This document shows, piece after piece, positions 61,880 through 64,000 of a stretch of 64,000 nt of DNA. The stretch is from Squalus acanthias. Lineage: Eukaryota. The position numbers and the translations under genes were made by a program. The notes beneath the pieces are model-generated. The model made no database searches, was not told where the DNA came from, and worked only from the letters and a program-made list of their open reading frames with translations. The DNA lies in contig CM059432.1 in the NCBI GenBank assembly GCA_030390025.1, positions 91,142,001-91,206,000 of the forward strand, in the 5' to 3' direction. The first letter of the stretch is position 1, and every line of letters starts with the position of its first letter.

Positions 61880-62722
61880 GGGGGTGATTTTGCCAATGGG
61901 GATGTGATGGAGGCGGGACTGCTGCTTGTCGGGTTTTAGTCCCGCTTCCATCGACGTCCGGCCAACCCACGCTATTTTCCCTTGATTGACCTTGTTAAGC
62001 CTGCCCAGCGGGTTTAGTGGGCCAATTAAGGGAAAGCCGGTTACTGGTGACGTCAGCGAGTGACGTTTCATCTGTCAAGATTTTTTGACAGATGAATTGT
62101 CATCGTTTGACAGCTTTGAGAAGCTGTCAAATACTGAATCTGTCTTCCAAGTTGAGTCCTTTACTCAAGACTCAATTAGAAAGCAGTCCTGAGCAGAAAG
62201 CAGAAGGCTGCTGCATTTAAGAATGTAGCGGCCATTCTGCTTTCTGTGCCAGTGAGATGAGGGACTCCCGAGACCTGAAGGGATGAAGCCTGGAGGAAGA
62301 AGCAAAGGTAAGTAAAGGTTTTAAAACACTTAAGACTCACCTCACACACTTACCTCTGCACACATGCACCCATCACTCACCTGCACAATGGACATCTCAG
62401 CCCCTCCAACCCCCGCAGACCCACCGCTCACCTCGCTGACCCTGGCGAGGTTCGGAGCCATCAGGAAGCCCACACTTTAGGTGGCAAAATAGGGATTATC
62501 CAAAAAACTGCCCATTAACTACCGGTTAACAGGCAGTTAATTGACACTAATCCCCTTCCCGCCTCAAGGAGGCGGCTCCCAGCGCGGGTCTGGTACCCGC
62601 CTCCTGGGAAGATGGCACGGAGGCGGGTTGGGGGCGAGATGGGTACCTGCCCCCAGATTCTGCCATTTTCCCAGCAGTCCCGCCTCCAAACCCGCCTCCC
62701 CAGGGCTGGCAAAATTGCCCCT
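61880..62722. mobile_element. Family H MITE in the SINE tail
   Basis: GGGGGTGATTTT ... AAAATTGCCCCT. Colinear with 3718-4563. Confidence 0.88.
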
Positions 62723-64000
62723 TACACTTCAAAAGTACTTCATTAGCTGTGAAGTGTTTTGAGACATCTTGAAGTCCTGAAAGGCACCATATAAATGCAA
62801 GTTCTTTCTTTCTTCTTTCTTATTCATTCAAGCTGATATTTGATTGCTGGTAACAGATGAATAGTAACGTGAGCTAATCACAAATATTTTCCTCATGGGA
62901 AAATGGCGCTTTAGCCTCTGAGGCTGCAATTTTAGGTGTAATGCTTTCAAAAAGGTGTGAGGTGTGATGCTACAGATCTGCATTACATGTCAGACATTTA
63001 GTTAAAATGGATAGGTTTTCCTTTTAATTATTTGCTGCACACCATTCTCCAGCTGGTAGGATAAACAGAAAAACCTGCTCCTTGCAAATGCACAGTAGTG
63101 GTTTAGAATGACTTGGCAAACAATTTCGCCTCCATTTCTAAGGGTGCATCCGACTGTTTTTAGTACATTGCTATAGTACACCAGCCCGCTGCAACAACTG
63201 GTCACCCGCCATGAAACATTAGCATTCTTTTTATCTACAAAGACTGTCTGATCTTAGTTTCTAAGCCACTGTGCAACAAAAGGATTATTCTATTTGTTGG
63301 AGTGTGATTAAGTGCCCCTAAATATATTCAAACTGAAGTCACAGTATGTTCTGGGAGAAACCTGGAGTTTCTTTTCAAACTTTTGTATTCCTGCTGGTAA
63401 AATGAAACGGCATTTTTAATCGGCAATCTCTATCTGCAACTATAACCTTACCATTTAAGAAGAAAAAAATTAGGATTAATTCAGTAAAAGTTTGTATGGG
63501 TAAGTCCCATGACTGTGGACAAAAATTATAAATGGCAAAGCTTTTGTTCTGAAGTTCACATGACTAAGTTATGAAGTAATATTATTACAGCCATTAAAGG
63601 AGACTTCTCCCTAACAAATTTATGGTTTTGTTAGAAATGCTTCCTGTTTACAATTCTAATTTCTTTCTCATTATTCTGTTTCTGAAAATTGTGGTGCAAT
63701 TTGAGAGACCAGGGGCAGAGCCAAACCTGTCACATGAAAATAATTGAGTACAGTTGGAGGTGCCTCAGTTGCCCTTGGGGAGAATTCAGAGTCATAAGAA
63801 TGCACAATTTTTTTATTTTTTAAAAGTTCTGAGCTGTTTTTAAAAAAGGTATACGTCAAGTCCTTTAATTACCAAGTTCAAGCAATTCAAAAAATATTGC
63901 ATCTGAAAAATCCTATGTGAAGTGTAGCAGGAACAGCTACCTAGTAATTCATAGTTTATGTCCGTAATAAAAAAATCAAAGAGCTGCCCTGTAATTGGAT

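Larger units (their letters stand above)
61037..62810 (+). mobile_element. Deu-domain SINE broken into three pieces by two MITEs
   Basis: Pieces 61037-61166, 61787-61879 and 62723-62810 join into a sequence colinear with the reverse complement of 18461-18750. Confidence 0.8.

Overview
Eukaryotic, repeat-dominated DNA with no recognisable host protein-coding gene, so probably intronic or intergenic. The repeat inventory (CR1 and L2 LINEs, a Penelope-like element, Deu-domain tRNA-SINEs) suggests a cartilaginous fish; this is inference only. The window holds a whole PIF/Harbinger DNA-transposon population: one full-length but inactivated two-gene element (35034-39332; DDE transposase facing a 3-exon Myb/SANT gene; 12-bp TIRs; CAC TSD), several derivatives that lost the transposase but kept the Myb gene, older Harbinger fossils, and more than 12 MITEs with readable TIRs, many with 3-bp TSDs. 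The only large intact CDS is a 955-aa CR1 ORF2 (23336-26203, minus). The most notable observations are covarying hairpins in two MITE families, Myb-retaining transposase-less subfamilies, a heptad-preserving 21-bp repeat in the Myb protein, an extended palindromic target preference, and a minimal hammerhead ribozyme in the Penelope tail. All calls were made by eye; boundaries without a TIR or TSD are approximate.
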